Origin: Eubacteriales bacterium
Lineage (GTDB): Bacteria > Bacillota > Clostridia > Oscillospirales > CAG-272
NCBI GenBank assembly: GCA_045636385.1
Contig: JAZTXK010000055.1
Location: forward strand, 13,764 to 77,763
Reading direction: 5' to 3'
DNA length: 64,000 nucleotides
The translations under genes were made by a program, and so were the position numbers. Of this stretch, positions 8,074-16,567 are shown piece after piece. The stretch's first letter is position 1; each line of letters starts with the position of its first letter. The notes under the pieces are model-generated. The model was given only the letters and a program-made list of their open reading frames with translations. It did no database searches and was not told the origin of the DNA.

Positions 8074-9887
8074 AAAAGCTGCTCCCCTATCTTAAACCCT
8101 ATTGGTTTGTGGCACTCGTCTCACCGCTTATGATGATCGGCGAGGTGCTCGGCGACCTCTGTCTGCCCTACCTTATGTCATACATAGTCAATTACGGTGT
8201 CGAGGGCTATTCGCCTCTTGACCCCAAGCACGGCGCGCCTCTTGCCGCAAAGCTTATTGATATCTTCCTCGGCGCGGATGCAACGAGAATGGAGATCATC
8301 ATTCTTTTCGGCATTTTGATGCTCTGTGTCACCCTCGTCGGCGGATTTTTCGGAACCTTCTGCGCTTATACCGCCGCAAAGGCTTCGCAGGGATTCGGTA
8401 ACGACCTTCGCCGCGATGCCTATTCGCGCGTGATGTCGCTTTCGATCGAGCAGACCGATAAGTTCACCACCGGCTCGCTCGTCACAAGAATGACGAACGA
8501 TATCACCATCCTTGTTGAGTTCGTTGAGCATATGCTCCGAATGGTCGTTCGCTCGCCTATGTTCTTCATCGGCGGTACGATAATGCTTCTTTCGCTCAAC
8601 GTCAGATTTGGTCTTGTGCTCCTTTGCACGCTTCCGCTTCAGCTTTTTGCGATGGTATTTGTTATCCGCAAGGCTGTTCCGCTTTTCTCCGAGGTTCAGA
8701 AAAAGCTTGACCGCATAAACTCGGTCGCTCGCGAGAATATCACCGGCGCGCGAGTTATCAAGGCTTACGTCCGCGAGGACTACGAATGCGATCGCTTTGA
8801 GGGCGCGAACAGCGAAATGCGCGATACAAACCTCAAGGTTCAGCTCCTTCTGACATTCATCAACCCCATTCTTATCGTTTCTCTCGCATTTGCAACCGTC
8901 GCCATCATCTACATCGGCGGTCTGCAAACTCAGATCGAGGCTTCGGGTATGACGACGGGTACCGTTATGGCGGCTATCACCTACGTAACCCAGGTCGTCA
9001 ATTCGCTTATGATGCTGACGATGATCTTCCAGACGATCTCCCGCGCGGGTGCATCCTCGAAGAGAATTATCGAGGTTCTCGAATCCGATCCCGTTATCAA
9101 GGGCGGTAACGAGCGAGAGGGAAGAGATTCCGAGATCGCGATCGAGTTCAAGGGCGTCGATTTCAAATACCCGAATACCACGGGCAAAAACGTGCTTTCG
9201 GATATCAGCTTGACCGTCAAGCGCGGCGAAACGCTTGCCGTTATCGGCGCGACGGGCTCGGGCAAATCCTCGCTGATCTCGCTGATTCCGAGATATTACG
9301 ATGCCGCAAAGGGCAAGGTATTTATAGAAGGAAGAGATATAGCCGATTACGATCTTCCCTCGCTCCGTAAGAAGATCGGCTACGTAATGCAGAAGAGCGA
9401 GCTTTTCTCGGATACGATTGCCAACAATCTAAGATGGGGCAAGGATGATGCAACCGAGGAGGAGATCGTTGCCGCGGCAAAGATCGCGCAGGCGGATAAC
9501 TTTGTTACCGAGTTTACCGACGGCTATAATACCTTTATAGCAGAGAAGGGCGCGTCTCTTTCGGGCGGACAAAAGCAGAGACTTTCGATCGCCCGCGCTA
9601 TCGTAAGAAGGCCCGAAATTCTCATCCTTGACGACGCGACCTCCGCGCTCGACCTCGCAACCGAGGCAAGACTTCAGAAGGCTCTCCGCGAGGCTATGAA
9701 GGATACCACCGTCGTTATGGTCGCGCAGAGAATAGCGAGCGTGCGCCACGCCGACAGAATTGCCGTTATCGAATCCGACGGACGCATTCTTCATTGCGCA
9801 CCGCACGAGGAGCTGCTTAAGATCAGCGAAACATACCGCGATATCTGCGCTTCGCAGAGACAGAACGTAGAAGGAGGTGCGAACTGA
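8070..9887 (+). CDS. ABC exporter, fused permease/ATPase (heterodimer half 1)
   Basis: Six-TM N-terminal domain, Walker A GATGSGKSS, signature LSGGQKQR, Walker B ILILDD. Confidence 0.95.
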   Translation: MKKLLPYLKPYWFVALVSPLMMIGEVLGDLCLPYLMSYIVNYGVEGYSPLDPKHGAPLAAKLIDIFLGADATRMEIIILFGILMLCVTLVGGFFGTFCAYTAAKASQGFGNDLRRDAYSRVMSLSIEQTDKFTTGSLVTRMTNDITILVEFVEHMLRMVVRSPMFFIGGTIMLLSLNVRFGLVLLCTLPLQLFAMVFVIRKAVPLFSEVQKKLDRINSVARENITGARVIKAYVREDYECDRFEGANSEMRDTNLKVQLLLTFINPILIVSLAFATVAIIYIGGLQTQIEASGMTTGTVMAAITYVTQVVNSLMMLTMIFQTISRAGASSKRIIEVLESDPVIKGGNEREGRDSEIAIEFKGVDFKYPNTTGKNVLSDISLTVKRGETLAVIGATGSGKSSLISLIPRYYDAAKGKVFIEGRDIADYDLPSLRKKIGYVMQKSELFSDTIANNLRWGKDDATEEEIVAAAKIAQADNFVTEFTDGYNTFIAEKGASLSGGQKQRLSIARAIVRRPEILILDDATSALDLATEARLQKALREAMKDTTVVMVAQRIASVRHADRIAVIESDGRILHCAPHEELLKISETYRDICASQRQNVEGGAN

Positions 9888-11773
9888 TGGCTGAACAGAG
9901 ACCTACCGAAAGACAGCAGGTAAATATAAATCTCCGTCCCGGCGGTGGACCCGGCGGTCCCGGAGGAATGAATGCGCGTATCAACCGCGAAAAGCCGAAA
10001 AATCTCGGCAAAACCATCTCGCGTCTCTTGAAATACTCGGGCAAGAGCTCGTTTATCCTCATTTTCCTTATCGTTGCTACTGTCATCGTTACGGGAGCGG
10101 ACGTCCTCGCTCCGATGTTCCAGCAGCTTGCGATCGACGAATTCTATTTCGATGCGGGCGGCGTGCTCCGCGTGAATATGACCGCGCTTGTCGGCGTGCT
10201 CGTTATTATGTTCTGCGCATATATTATCCGCGCGGTAAGCCAGCTTATTCAGGCTCGAGTTGCCGCAAAGCTCGCGCAGAATACTGTTTACCACATCCGC
10301 CGCGATCTTTTCAATAAGATTTCGAAGCTCCCGATCAGCTACACCGACCGCCACCGTCACGGCGATATTATGAGCCGACTGACAAACGACGCCGAAAACG
10401 TATCGACGGCAATGTCACAGTCGCTGACCGCGCTTTTCTCCGGCGTGCTGACGCTCATCGGCGCACTTTGTATGATGCTTTATTATAGCTGGATCGTTAC
10501 CCTCGTTGCCGTTGTGACGATACCGCTAACTATTTTAGTATCGTCCACTCTTGCGAAATTTATGCGAAAATATTTCATTCGCCGTCAAAAACTTCTCGGT
10601 CAGCTCAACGGACAGATCGAGGAGATGGTCACGGGATACAAGACCGTTATGGCTTACGGCAAGGAGCCCGATGCTATCGAGAAATTCGGCGAGATTTCGG
10701 ATAACTTCCGTTCTTGCTCGATCTCGGCACGCGTTTGGGGATCGATTATGGGCCCCGTTATGAACTTCATCGGCAATCTGCAGTACGTTCTCATAGCCGC
10801 GGTCGGCGGATATCTTATTCTGAATGCCGATCCGATCACGGGCGCGGCGTTCACGATCGGTTCGGTTCAGGCGATGCTTCAGTATTCAAAGAAATTCTCT
10901 CATCCGATCAATATGATTGCAAATCAGTATTCGACGATACTGACCGCACTCGCGGGCGCGGAGAGAATTTTTGCCATCCTTGACAGCGCGCCCGAGATCG
11001 ACGAGGGCAAAGAAAAAGTCGATATCAGCGCACTCCGCGGCGATATCGAGTTCAAGGATATTGATTTTTCATACGTTGAAGGCGAAAAGGTTCTCAAGAA
11101 TCTCAACCTCAGCGTAAAGGCGGGACAAAAGGTTGCCATAGTCGGCGCGACGGGTTCGGGAAAGACTACCATCGTAAACCTTCTCACCCGTTTCTACGAG
11201 CCCGACAGCGGTTCGATCACGGTTGACGGTATTGATATCACAACTATGCCGAAATCCGATCTCCGCCGCGCGATCGCGATAGTACTTCAGGATACCGTTC
11301 TTTTCTCGGATACCATTGAGAAGAATATCAAATACGGCCGCGAGGACTCGACGGACGAGGATATGAAGCGCGCGGCGCATACCTCTTATGCAGACTTCTT
11401 CATCGATCGTCTGCCCGAGGGCTACTCAACCGAGCTTGCGGAGTCGGGAAGCAATCTTTCTCAGGGACAGCGTCAGCTTCTCTCGATCTCGCGCGCCGTT
11501 CTTGCCGACCCGAGAATCCTCATTCTTGATGAGGCGACTTCCTCGGTTGACACCAGAACCGAGATGCATATTCAGAAAGCAATGGTCGCGCTGATGAAGA
11601 ACCGCACCTCGCTCATAATCGCGCACAGACTTTCGACCATCCGCGATGCCGATATGATCGTAGTTCTCAATCACGGAAGGATCGTTGAGACGGGCAGCCA
11701 TGAGGAGCTTCTTGCCCTCGGCGGCGAGTACCATAAGCTCTATTCGAATCAGTTCGCGGGTATTGCAACGTGA
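9887..11773 (+). CDS. ABC exporter, fused permease/ATPase (heterodimer half 2)
   Basis: GATGSGKTT, LSQGQRQL, ILILDEATS; Gly/Pro-rich N-terminus; start overlaps the upstream stop. Confidence 0.95.
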   Translation: MAEQRPTERQQVNINLRPGGGPGGPGGMNARINREKPKNLGKTISRLLKYSGKSSFILIFLIVATVIVTGADVLAPMFQQLAIDEFYFDAGGVLRVNMTALVGVLVIMFCAYIIRAVSQLIQARVAAKLAQNTVYHIRRDLFNKISKLPISYTDRHRHGDIMSRLTNDAENVSTAMSQSLTALFSGVLTLIGALCMMLYYSWIVTLVAVVTIPLTILVSSTLAKFMRKYFIRRQKLLGQLNGQIEEMVTGYKTVMAYGKEPDAIEKFGEISDNFRSCSISARVWGSIMGPVMNFIGNLQYVLIAAVGGYLILNADPITGAAFTIGSVQAMLQYSKKFSHPINMIANQYSTILTALAGAERIFAILDSAPEIDEGKEKVDISALRGDIEFKDIDFSYVEGEKVLKNLNLSVKAGQKVAIVGATGSGKTTIVNLLTRFYEPDSGSITVDGIDITTMPKSDLRRAIAIVLQDTVLFSDTIEKNIKYGREDSTDEDMKRAAHTSYADFFIDRLPEGYSTELAESGSNLSQGQRQLLSISRAVLADPRILILDEATSSVDTRTEMHIQKAMVALMKNRTSLIIAHRLSTIRDADMIVVLNHGRIVETGSHEELLALGGEYHKLYSNQFAGIAT

Positions 11774-12534
11774 TAAGCGAGCTTGAAAGAGAAAAATTCC
11801 GCGCCATCTGCCGCGCCGTTCTAACCGAAAGAACGGCGGCGGAGGGCGGCGGGATCGGCACTCTTAATGAAAAAAGAATGCATATCGCGCTCAAACGCTT
11901 CGTTTGCGCCGACGAGTCGAAATATGAGATTGATATGGGCAAGCGTTTCGTTGCCGATATCAAGCACGACGAGGAAATTTTCGAGATTCAAACGGGCTCA
12001 CTTTATCCCTTAAAAGCGAAGCTTGAGCATTATCTTGAAACCTCGGATTGCCACGTCACCGTCGTGCATCCTCTGCCGATGAAGAAGTTCCGCGTGTGGA
12101 TCGACCCCGTAACGGGCGAGTCGCAGCCGCGCAGACGTGTCGCGGGCATTTCAAGTGTTTACGGTGGTGCGCACGAGTTTGTTTATATCTCCGAAGCACT
12201 CGCCACGGGGCGTGTGGCGGTTTGGTTTCTCTTTATCGAAGAAGAGGAATACAGATTCCTCGACGGACGAGGAAAGGACAGAAAGATCAAATCCTCGCGT
12301 TTCGAGCGTCTGCCCGTCGATATAATCGACGAGGCGGTATTTGCCGAAAAAAGCGACTTCCTCGCCCTGATCCCCGAAGGACTTGCCGAAAGCTTCACCA
12401 CCGAGGAATACCGAAAAGCGGCAAAAATTCCGCATTCCAAACACGCATATATGGCTCTTGCCGCGCTTGCGAATATCGGGATCATCGAAGAAGCCGAAAA
12501 GAAGGGCAGAGCGCGGGCGTGGAAAATAAAATAA
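11770..12534 (+). CDS. Hypothetical protein; possible PD-(D/E)xK / CoiA-like nuclease fold plus C-terminal winged-helix-like region
   Basis: GTG start overlaps the TGA of the ABC gene (GTGA). FVADIKHDEEIFEIQTG resembles the D...E-x-Q nuclease motif. No TM segments. Confidence 0.45.
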   Translation: MISELEREKFRAICRAVLTERTAAEGGGIGTLNEKRMHIALKRFVCADESKYEIDMGKRFVADIKHDEEIFEIQTGSLYPLKAKLEHYLETSDCHVTVVHPLPMKKFRVWIDPVTGESQPRRRVAGISSVYGGAHEFVYISEALATGRVAVWFLFIEEEEYRFLDGRGKDRKIKSSRFERLPVDIIDEAVFAEKSDFLALIPEGLAESFTTEEYRKAAKIPHSKHAYMALAALANIGIIEEAEKKGRARAWKIK

Positions 12535-12548
12535 AAAGGAGATTCAAA

Positions 12549-13742
12549 ATGAAAACGATCAAAATGACCATTTTTATAGCCGTTCTGACCGTCCTCACTT
12601 TCCTTCTTCTTTCCTGTTCGGGAGAAACTGGAGGTGAGAATGTCACCACCGAACCCGAATTGACCCTCGGTGAGCTTCCCGATTATTCGGATGCACACGC
12701 CGAAGACGCGCCCTACATCGTGTTTTCCGCCGACCTCGAACCGATCTCAGCGGAGCGGATCGAAAAAGTAAGACAAGCTCTTTACAGTATGGCTTATAAG
12801 AGTGAGCTTGCTGTTCAGAACGAGATTTTGAAGGATTCGGAGCTTGACGAGAACGCGAAATATGACAAAGCGCATTCCGCGGCGAAGCTGTATGCGCAAG
12901 GGTATAAATCAGCACTTATGAATCCTGATAATCTGCTTATTAACGACTATTATACGTGGATCTGCAATTATTCCGCGCGTTACTACGGAACCGTGGGCGG
13001 GTGCGAGATCGTATGTTTAGCCACTTTTATTGACAAATCAAGCGTTTATGAACTCGGCGGCGTAAAGATCGAGAGTCCGAATCCGATATATCTTTTCGCC
13101 TGTAAGGAAAAAGAAATGATACCGCTTGCCGAGGCTTATGAGAGAGAATGGCTTGAACCTGTTGATATTTTGCTGATATCGAAAAGAAACGGTGATTTCA
13201 ATACCTATTGGGAAGAAAATTGCTCGAATTTCGAGGCGGGACGCAGTTACGTTAAGTATATTTCCGAGCTTGAAGATCTGTCGGAAGAAACGATGGATGA
13301 GATCTACGGCTATATGTATCCCGATGTTCGGGGAAAAACTTATTCTTCTATGGTTGACAACCTGAATGCAACTTACGGTGATAAGTATTCCGCAGAAAAG
13401 ATCGAGGCGATCGCTTCTTTTAAAGCCGAAAAAGCCGAAAAGCAGGCGTTATATTCTTTTTTAAGAAAAGCCAATACACATTATATCGGCTGGCGTTACT
13501 ACGGTATTATCGGCGGATATGCCGTCTTTGCTGAGGTTGCTGACACAAATAATGTAAAAATCTACAGATTGGGCGAATACGAGATCAGATTCGGCAACGG
13601 TACTGAAATGTGGATATACAGCACCGAAACGGGAAAAGTCGAGCTTGAAGAGGCTTATAAAAACGGTCTCCTGACCGACGTTGACGTAGCCAAGATATCC
13701 GAACGCCACGAGGCTTATAATAATTACATATTTAAAAAGTAA
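12549..13742 (+). CDS. Lipoprotein of unknown function with an internal two-fold repeat
   Basis: MKTIKMTIFIAVLTVLTFLLLSC lipobox behind AGGAG. Repeat pair: RYYGTVGGCEIV...LAEAYEREWL and WRYYGIIGGYAVF...LEEAYKNGLL. Confidence 0.7.
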   Translation: MKTIKMTIFIAVLTVLTFLLLSCSGETGGENVTTEPELTLGELPDYSDAHAEDAPYIVFSADLEPISAERIEKVRQALYSMAYKSELAVQNEILKDSELDENAKYDKAHSAAKLYAQGYKSALMNPDNLLINDYYTWICNYSARYYGTVGGCEIVCLATFIDKSSVYELGGVKIESPNPIYLFACKEKEMIPLAEAYEREWLEPVDILLISKRNGDFNTYWEENCSNFEAGRSYVKYISELEDLSEETMDEIYGYMYPDVRGKTYSSMVDNLNATYGDKYSAEKIEAIASFKAEKAEKQALYSFLRKANTHYIGWRYYGIIGGYAVFAEVADTNNVKIYRLGEYEIRFGNGTEMWIYSTETGKVELEEAYKNGLLTDVDVAKISERHEAYNNYIFKK

Positions 13743-13745
13743 AGG

Positions 13746-13787
13746 CAAGGTCTGCTTGCGATAAGTGCAAGGCAGACCTTGTTTTTT
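13746..13787 (+). terminator. Intrinsic terminator
   Basis: CAAGGTCTGC / GCAGACCTTG stem followed by TTTTTT. Confidence 0.85.
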
Positions 13788-13798
13788 GCCGTTAACTC

Positions 13799-13828
13799 TT
13801 GACACGCGGTGCGTTTGAGTGATATAAT
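13799..13828 (+). promoter_or_regulatory. cysK promoter
   Basis: TTGACA (13799-13804) and TATAAT (13823-13828), 18-nt spacer. Confidence 0.7.
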
Positions 13829-13860
13829 AAAAATGAAAATACTATTTTCGGAGAATTAGC

Positions 13861-14784
13861 ATGAAAATCTACGATGATCTTGATAAACTGATCGGCTCGA
13901 CGCCGATGTTGAGACTGAAAAAGACCGAGGCGGCGGAAGGAACAGTTGCGTCGGTTATTGCAAAGCTTGAATATTTCAATCCTGCGGGCTCGGCGAAGGA
14001 TCGTGTTGCGCTCCAGATGATAAACGATGCCGAGGCGCGCGGAGTAATTAGTGCCGGCGCGACCTTGATCGAGCCGACCTCCGGCAACACGGGCATCGGT
14101 CTTGCCGCTGTGGGTGTTCACCGCGGATATAAGGTGATCGTCATTATGCCCGATAATATGTCGGTTGAAAGACAAAAGCTGATGCGTGCCTACGGTGCGG
14201 AGGTCGTTCTCACTCCCGCAGCGGAGGGTATGAGCGGATCTATCGCAAAGGCGAAGGAGATCGCGGCAAGCACGCCGAATTCATTTATCCCCAGCCAATT
14301 TGACAACCCCGCAAACGCCGAGGCGCATTATCTGACTACGGGCAGGGAAATATGGAACGATACGGACGGCGAGGTCGATATCTTCGTCGCAGGTGTCGGC
14401 ACGGGCGGAACGCTGACGGGCTCGGCGCGATACCTCAAGGAAATGAATCCCAAAATCGAAGTCGTTGCTGTTGAACCCGATACTTCCGCAGTTCTTTCCG
14501 GCAAACCTGCGGGCGCACACGGGCTTTCGGGCATCGGCGCGGGATTTATCCCCGAGGTGCTTGATGCCTCGCTCATTGACGAAATTATGCCGATCTCGGT
14601 CGATGAAGCAAAATCCGCTTGCCGAAATCTTGCTGCAAGAGAGGGCGTGCTTGTCGGAATCTCCTCCGGCGCGGCACTCGCGGCGGCGCTGAAGCTTGCA
14701 AGGCTTGAAGAAAATAAGGGAAAGAATATCGTCGTGATCCTTCCCGACGGCGGGGAAAGATATTTGAGCACGGACCTGTTTTGA
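13861..14784 (+). CDS. cysK: Cysteine synthase A (O-acetylserine sulfhydrylase)
   Basis: IGSTPMLRL, NPAGSAKDR (PLP lysine), TSGNTGIGLA, GVGTGGTLTG. Confidence 0.92.
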   Translation: MKIYDDLDKLIGSTPMLRLKKTEAAEGTVASVIAKLEYFNPAGSAKDRVALQMINDAEARGVISAGATLIEPTSGNTGIGLAAVGVHRGYKVIVIMPDNMSVERQKLMRAYGAEVVLTPAAEGMSGSIAKAKEIAASTPNSFIPSQFDNPANAEAHYLTTGREIWNDTDGEVDIFVAGVGTGGTLTGSARYLKEMNPKIEVVAVEPDTSAVLSGKPAGAHGLSGIGAGFIPEVLDASLIDEIMPISVDEAKSACRNLAAREGVLVGISSGAALAAALKLARLEENKGKNIVVILPDGGERYLSTDLF

Positions 14785-14819
14785 GTGCAGAGTTCAGAGT
14801 GCAGAATGCAGAGTTGTGG
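14785..14819. repeat. Heptamer microsatellite directly after the cysK stop
   Basis: GTGCAGA GTTCAGA GTGCAGA ATGCAGA GTTGTGG. Confidence 0.8.
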
Positions 14820-14861
14820 TGAATTTTCGCCTTTGGCGAAAATTTCCGATTTAATAAAAAA

Positions 14862-14903
14862 GCGAGTGCGAACCGTTTGGGTTCGCACTCGCTTCTTATT
14901 CTT
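14862..14903 (+). terminator. cysK intrinsic terminator
   Basis: 13-bp perfect stem GCGAGTGCGAACC / GGTTCGCACTCGC followed by TTCTTATTCTT, with an A-run upstream. Confidence 0.8.
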
Positions 14904-14945
14904 GTACTCTGAAAACCACCAGCAGTGCCGGTGGTTCCAAAAAGC

Positions 14946-15100
14946 TGAGCCGGTAAAATGAGGCAATAATTAGAGCCCCTTTAGGGGCATGCCTGTGAAA
15001 GTCGCGCGGTTGGCGGACTTTTCGACGAGCCTATAGGCTCAGCCTGTGACATGCCCCGAGGGGGGCTCATGCAAGCCACCGGCACGGCCGGTGGTTATGA
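14946..15100. repeat. 155-bp structured intergenic repeat, copy 1
   Basis: Near-identical to 16407-16561, same orientation. It contains the GAGCCTATAGGCTC palindrome and the CCACCGGC-ACG-GCCGGTGG hairpin. It also has mutually complementary GAGCCCC..GGGGCATG / CATGCCCC..GGGGCTC ends. Confidence 0.9.
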
Positions 15101-15108
15101 CGTAAAGA

Positions 15109-16125
15109 TCAGTCTCTCTTCTTAGCGATAAGAGCTGTTCCGAGAATTGCTATGATAGCAACGGGGGCTGCAACGAATCCGCCACATCCCTTCTTTTCTT
15201 CTACCTTATCGGTAGTGGGAGCGTTGGTGGTGGGAGCCTGAGTAGCATCGACCTCGGGAGCAGCGGTGGTCTCGGGAGCCTTGGTGGTCTCAGGAGCCTT
15301 GGTGGTCTCGGGAGCCTTGGTGGTCTCAGGAGCCTTGGTGGTTTCGGGAGCAGCGGTGGTCACAGGAGCAGCGGTGGTCTCGGGAGCCAATCTGCCGACC
15401 AGGTACTTAGTAGCGTCAGCCTCAGCGTTCTGGAAAATCTCAGAAGCGTTCAGCTCACGATCATAGAAACGAATGCTGTGGATGTCGCCGGTCCAGTAAC
15501 GCTTGGGATCGTAGTGACCCAGAGCGAGGGAGTCAGCTTCCATTGCCTTGCCGGGCTGGGGCATTTCGCCCATCAGCTCGCCGTCAACATAGATGCGAAC
15601 CATACCGCCAAGGGTATAAGTAACGGAAACGGTAGACTGGTTCATCAGGTTGTTGCCGTCAGGGATAACAACACGCTCAGCCTTTGCATCGTTGCCCTTG
15701 AACTCGATGCTGTCGTTGTTGGTACGACGGAAGACCGAGAAGTGGTCGTTGTCGGAGAAGATGAATGTGTCGTAGGAAGAGCCGAGGAGCTCGATCTGAC
15801 CGAGAGTAATCTCAACAGTCCAAGCCTGACCGTTAACAACTTCAAGAGCCTTGTCCGGGAAGTAGAAGAAAGCGCCGTCAACATGGAGAGCGTTGTCAGT
15901 CCACTTGATGAACTCATCAACTTCAATGGTGAAGTCGTGATTGTTGCCGGAGATGTCCTTCCAGACGGTAGTTGTCTTATCCTGGCCATTACCGGTGTTG
16001 TTCAGACCGTCATAGTGGATAACGAGACCGTCGTTGATGTACGCGGGGTCAGCTGCGTTGGTGGGGAGTGCGAAAGCTGCTGCGAGAGTCAGCAGAGAGA
16101 GCATAATTGCAAGAATTCTTTTCAT
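15109..16125 (-). CDS. Surface protein: signal peptide, LamG/concanavalin-like lectin domain, Pro/Thr linker, C-terminal TM anchor
   Basis: MKRILAIMLSLLTLAAAFALPTNA; ...DISGNNHDF...ALHVDG...IYVDGEL...IHSIRFYDRELN; (APETTK)n; C-terminal GFVAAPVAIIAILGTALIAKKRD. Confidence 0.7.
   Translation of the reverse strand: MKRILAIMLSLLTLAAAFALPTNAADPAYINDGLVIHYDGLNNTGNGQDKTTTVWKDISGNNHDFTIEVDEFIKWTDNALHVDGAFFYFPDKALEVVNGQAWTVEITLGQIELLGSSYDTFIFSDNDHFSVFRRTNNDSIEFKGNDAKAERVVIPDGNNLMNQSTVSVTYTLGGMVRIYVDGELMGEMPQPGKAMEADSLALGHYDPKRYWTGDIHSIRFYDRELNASEIFQNAEADATKYLVGRLAPETTAAPVTTAAPETTKAPETTKAPETTKAPETTKAPETTAAPEVDATQAPTTNAPTTDKVEEKKGCGGFVAAPVAIIAILGTALIAKKRD
15265..15390. repeat. In-frame 18-bp tandem repeat encoding the APETTK linker
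   Basis: GGTGGTCTC(G/A)GGAGCCTT repeated 4 times exactly, plus degenerate flanking units. Confidence 0.9.
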
Positions 16126-16156
16126 GGTTTTTACCGCCTTTCTAAAATGCACTATT

Positions 16157-16185
16157 ACTATACCATAATTTTAAGACTTTGTCAA
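16157..16185 (-). promoter_or_regulatory. Promoter of the LamG gene
   Basis: On the minus strand, TTGACA (16185-16180), 17-nt spacer, TATAGT (16162-16157). Confidence 0.7.
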
Positions 16186-16406
16186 TATAAAATGTTCATT
16201 ATTTCGGCATATTTTGGAAAAATTACGATAAAATTTGTTCGAAAACGAAGTACAAATACGGAAACAGATATTTTGGTGCAGAGGATATTACGTAGATACA
16301 GTAGGGCGCAATTAAAAGTAATAGAACAATACATACGAAATCAATTGCAACAAGATTACGAAGAAGAGCAATTGAGCATAAAAGAGTATGTCGACCCGTT
16401 CCCGGG

Positions 16407-16561
16407 TGAGCCGGTAAAATGAGGTAAATAATCAGAGCCCCCTTAGGGGCATGCCTGTGAAAGTCGCGCGGTTGGCAGACTTTTCGACGAGCCTATAGGC
16501 TCAGCCTGTGACATGCCCCAAGGGGGCTCATGCAAGCCACCGGCACGGCCGGTGGTTATGA
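16407..16561. repeat. 155-bp structured intergenic repeat, copy 2
   Basis: By eye, about 5 substitutions and 2 single-base indels versus copy 1. Ends 6 nt before the stop codon of the acyl-CoA synthetase gene. Confidence 0.9.
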
Positions 16562-16567
16562 TCGGAA

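Noticed and set aside
12048-12548. 5' extension of the 564-aa track ORF, overlapping gene 11770-12534 in another frame.
   Set aside because: The extension is Arg-rich nonsense. A lipoprotein signal peptide with an AGGAG RBS begins at 12549.
15265-15390. Regularly spaced short repeats that could look like a CRISPR array.
   Set aside because: The units are contiguous 18-mers with no spacers, and they lie in-frame within a coding Pro/Thr linker.
16190-16425. Possible 78-aa ORF (MFIISAYFGK...) in the AT-rich region upstream of the LamG gene.
   Set aside because: It has no RBS, its ATG sits only a few nt from the -35 box of the divergent LamG promoter, and it terminates inside the 155-bp repeat. 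It is most likely non-coding.
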